Assembly (NCBI GenBank): GCA_965212005.1
Contig: OZ243038.1
Coordinates: 2,193,432 to 2,257,431, forward strand
Direction: 5' to 3'
Length of the DNA stretch: 64,000 nucleotides
From: Candidatus Porifericomitaceae bacterium
GTDB lineage: Bacteria; Pseudomonadota; Gammaproteobacteria; Porifericomitales; Porifericomitaceae
Position numbers and translations under genes: made by a program. The notes below the pieces were generated by a model. The model made no database searches. It was not told the DNA's origin and was given only the letters and a program-made list of their open reading frames with translations. Positions 61,909 to 64,000 of this stretch are shown here, piece by piece (within the stretch, counting starts at the first letter, position 1; every line of letters begins with the position of its first letter).

Positions 61909-62172
61909 TTAACCGCCGCCGCGCAGGAAGTGCCGGTCGAATTGCCGCAGGAAAGCTTGCATCTCCTCCTCCGGGCAATCCGGAAACTCCAGGCTGATTT
62001 CCATGACCGAAAACTGCAGCACCCCCAGCTTTCTGTCCTCGCCGGCATGAAAACGGATGTAGACGGTGCCCAGCGAGGCATTCACTACGGCGTGGTCTTC
62101 TTCCAGCCGCCAGTCGTAGCCGCTCATTGCGTTGGGCAGCAGGCGCAGCCATTCCTGCCGGGTCAGGCTCAT
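61909..62172 (-). CDS. Hypothetical small protein
   Basis: ORF only. Confidence 0.3.
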   Translation of the reverse strand: MSLTRQEWLRLLPNAMSGYDWRLEEDHAVVNASLGTVYIRFHAGEDRKLGVLQFSVMEISLEFPDCPEEEMQAFLRQFDRHFLRGGG

Positions 62173-62432
62173 GCTGCGCTGAAAGCGACGCACCGGCGTG
62201 CCTGACGACGTTGGGCGCGGGACGCCCGGGTTCACTGCGCGCAAGCTTCCGCAAGGGCGTTGTCATCCGTGTCCTGGCAGCGAGCGAGACAATGGCCAGC
62301 GCCTTTCCTGCCGCGGGGCATCAGCAGGCTGCCGGAGAGACGGGCGGCATGAACCCGGCGCAGGGCCGGCAGCGCGGCTCTGCCCGTTGCCGTGGGCCGG
62401 CGCGGGTAGAGCAGGGTTGCACAGGGAAACGT

Positions 62433-62690
62433 TCAGCCACCGGCAACGGGCGGCCAGATTGCCAGGGTATCGCCTTCCCGAAAGGGGGTGCGGGCGCGCT
62501 CGTCAGGATTCAGGTAGATCCCGTTCAGCAGCACCAAGTGCGCCAGGTGTTCCGGGATCTGGTAGCGATCTATGATCTCGGCGGGGGTGCTGTCGTCCGA
62601 GACCTGGAGCTCCATTACGCGATCATTTGCTTCCGGCGGCAAGTAACTGCCCAGGGAGGCATACAGTTTCAGCCGGATGCGCTTGCTCAT
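62433..62690 (-). CDS. MoaD/ThiS-family ubiquitin-like sulfur carrier protein (C-terminal GG)
   Basis: 85 aa ending ...WPPVAGG. Confidence 0.75.
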   Translation of the reverse strand: MSKRIRLKLYASLGSYLPPEANDRVMELQVSDDSTPAEIIDRYQIPEHLAHLVLLNGIYLNPDERARTPFREGDTLAIWPPVAGG

Positions 62691-62739
62691 CTCCGATATG
62701 CCTCAAACGTACTTTTTTGCGATCGCTCCGGCAAAGGTT

Positions 62740-64000
62740 CTATGCCAACAGCATCCCGGCATTGTGTCCAATCGCCTGCGTGCATCCCAAATAGGCTTCC
62801 ATGATTTTGCTCGGATCCCGCATCAGGGATTCCTTCCACTTGCCAAGTCGCACTCGGGCTTGGATCAAGCCGCGCAATACGCCAACGTGCGGGATAATCC
62901 CAATCGCCTGGGCGCCTACCAACTGCTCCTCCTGGAATTGCAGGTTCAGGTAGCGATATCGGGATTCATCGTACAGCGCCGCGGAATCCCCGCCCTTTAC
63001 CCCCTGCCACAACCCGAAGGAATTGGAGACCAGCCCCAGCGTGTCGAGCACGTTCATGTTTACGCTGCCCGGGTGCAGCACCCTGCGTCCGGTCATGTTC
63101 AGGGCGGCGATGCGCCCATGCTCGGCCGCAGTCGGTTGAATGGCCTGCACGCTGTACTCTCCGGTGGAAAAATCCTTGCCCTGGCAGACGTCGCCTGCTG
63201 CGTAAATGCTGGCCTGGTTGCTTTGCAGATACTGATTGACCAGCACGCCAAAATCCGTGTTCACGTCGCTGTCTTGCAGGAAATCAATTTGAGGCTTCAC
63301 GCCGGTGGCGCAGATGACCAGGTCTGCCGGCAGCGTCTTGCCGTCTTGCAGGTAAACCGCCAGGTTCGATCCCGCCTGTTGGATCCGCTCTATCCTGGTC
63401 GACGTGTGCACCTGCACGCCCTTATCGATGCACCATTTTTTGAGTAGTCCGCCCGCCTTTTGATCCAGCATGCGCGGTACCATGCGGTCTCCCATTTCCA
63501 CTACGGTCAGCTGGCTGCCGCGCCGTACCAGCGCCTCAAGCAGGATGCAGCCGATGAAGCCGGCTCCCATCAATACGACTCGGGAGCCCTTGCCGGCGCG
63601 CCGGGCGATCTCCCGACTGTCCTGCAGCGTCCAGCAGCACAGTACGCCTGGTAGTTTCGCTCCTTCGATAGGCGGACGCAAAGCCACCGAACCGGTGGCG
63701 ATCAGCAGCCGGTCAAAGGACAGCGTGTCTCCTCCCTTCAAGTGAACCTGGCGCGTGGCCGATTCCAGGCGGGTCACGCGATCCTGCAGCAAACGGATCC
63801 CGAGTTTGTCGTAGTATTCCTGACCGGAGCGCAAATGCGCGCCTTGTTCCTGGATCCGCCCGCTCAGGTAATAGGGCAGTGCCATGCGGGAGTAGGGAGG
63901 CTCTGATTCCTCGCCGATTATGGTGATCGGACTGTCGGGATCCAATTGCCGCAGGTGCTCGGCAGCCACCACGCCGGCCGGCCCGGCGCCAATGATCAGG
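62740..64000 (-). CDS. FAD-dependent pyridine nucleotide-disulfide oxidoreductase (5' end beyond window)
   Basis: Rossmann GxGxxG (LIIGAGPAG) at the window edge, a second NAD site VVLMGAGFIGC, 410+ aa. Confidence 0.8.
   Translation of the reverse strand, partial: LIIGAGPAGVVAAEHLRQLDPDSPITIIGEESEPPYSRMALPYYLSGRIQEQGAHLRSGQEYYDKLGIRLLQDRVTRLESATRQVHLKGGDTLSFDRLLIATGSVALRPPIEGAKLPGVLCCWTLQDSREIARRAGKGSRVVLMGAGFIGCILLEALVRRGSQLTVVEMGDRMVPRMLDQKAGGLLKKWCIDKGVQVHTSTRIERIQQAGSNLAVYLQDGKTLPADLVICATGVKPQIDFLQDSDVNTDFGVLVNQYLQSNQASIYAAGDVCQGKDFSTGEYSVQAIQPTAAEHGRIAALNMTGRRVLHPGSVNMNVLDTLGLVSNSFGLWQGVKGGDSAALYDESRYRYLNLQFQEEQLVGAQAIGIIPHVGVLRGLIQARVRLGKWKESLMRDPSKIMEAYLGCTQAIGHNAGMLLA

Overview
This is a high-GC bacterial chromosome segment, probably gammaproteobacterial. 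The evidence is the gene content: metK-ahcY-metF, dolP(yraP)-yraN, rpsP-rimM-trmD-rplS-xerD, pqqACDE, glnE and thiC. The backbone carries ordinary housekeeping genes. Those genes are interrupted by a ~15.7-kb accessory island at 4754-20471, inserted between an L,D-transpeptidase gene and the metK promoter. The island is bounded by ~74-bp terminal inverted repeats, and these are flanked by an identical 9-bp direct repeat (GGGCTGGCG) that looks like a target-site duplication. It carries three elements in order. First, a decayed IS3-family transposase. Second, a four-unit tandem array (period ~1.03 kb) of lipoprotein + HExxH (HEMTHVWQ; DUF4157-like by motif recall) gene pairs, whose last unit is truncated and fused to an M23-peptidase pseudogene fragment. 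Third, three near-identical tandem copies of a two-gene module: a Sec-secreted 217-aa protein followed by a giant secreted ankyrin-repeat protein of 918-921 aa (588 aa in the middle copy, which has lost ~11 repeats). The ankyrin proteins begin with a Cys-containing ~170-aa domain paralogous to the 217-aa partner. Differences between copies are concentrated in patches of that domain. I consider this island the most likely candidate for an undescribed secreted effector system that is being amplified and diversified. Other notable content: a PolB-like 3'-5' exonuclease + beta-class DNA methyltransferase + small PD-(D/E)xK-like ORF module at the window start; glnE split into two 435-aa ORFs overlapping by ATGA; an unannotated 24-codon pqqA upstream of pqqCDE with no pqqB; a frameshifted TPR-repeat gene; an N-terminally truncated IS1595-family transposase next to xerD and a yhdP-like giant AsmA-family gene; and a partial mrp (E-F-G-B) antiporter cluster. 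All calls are from reading the sequence and translations, with no database searches run.
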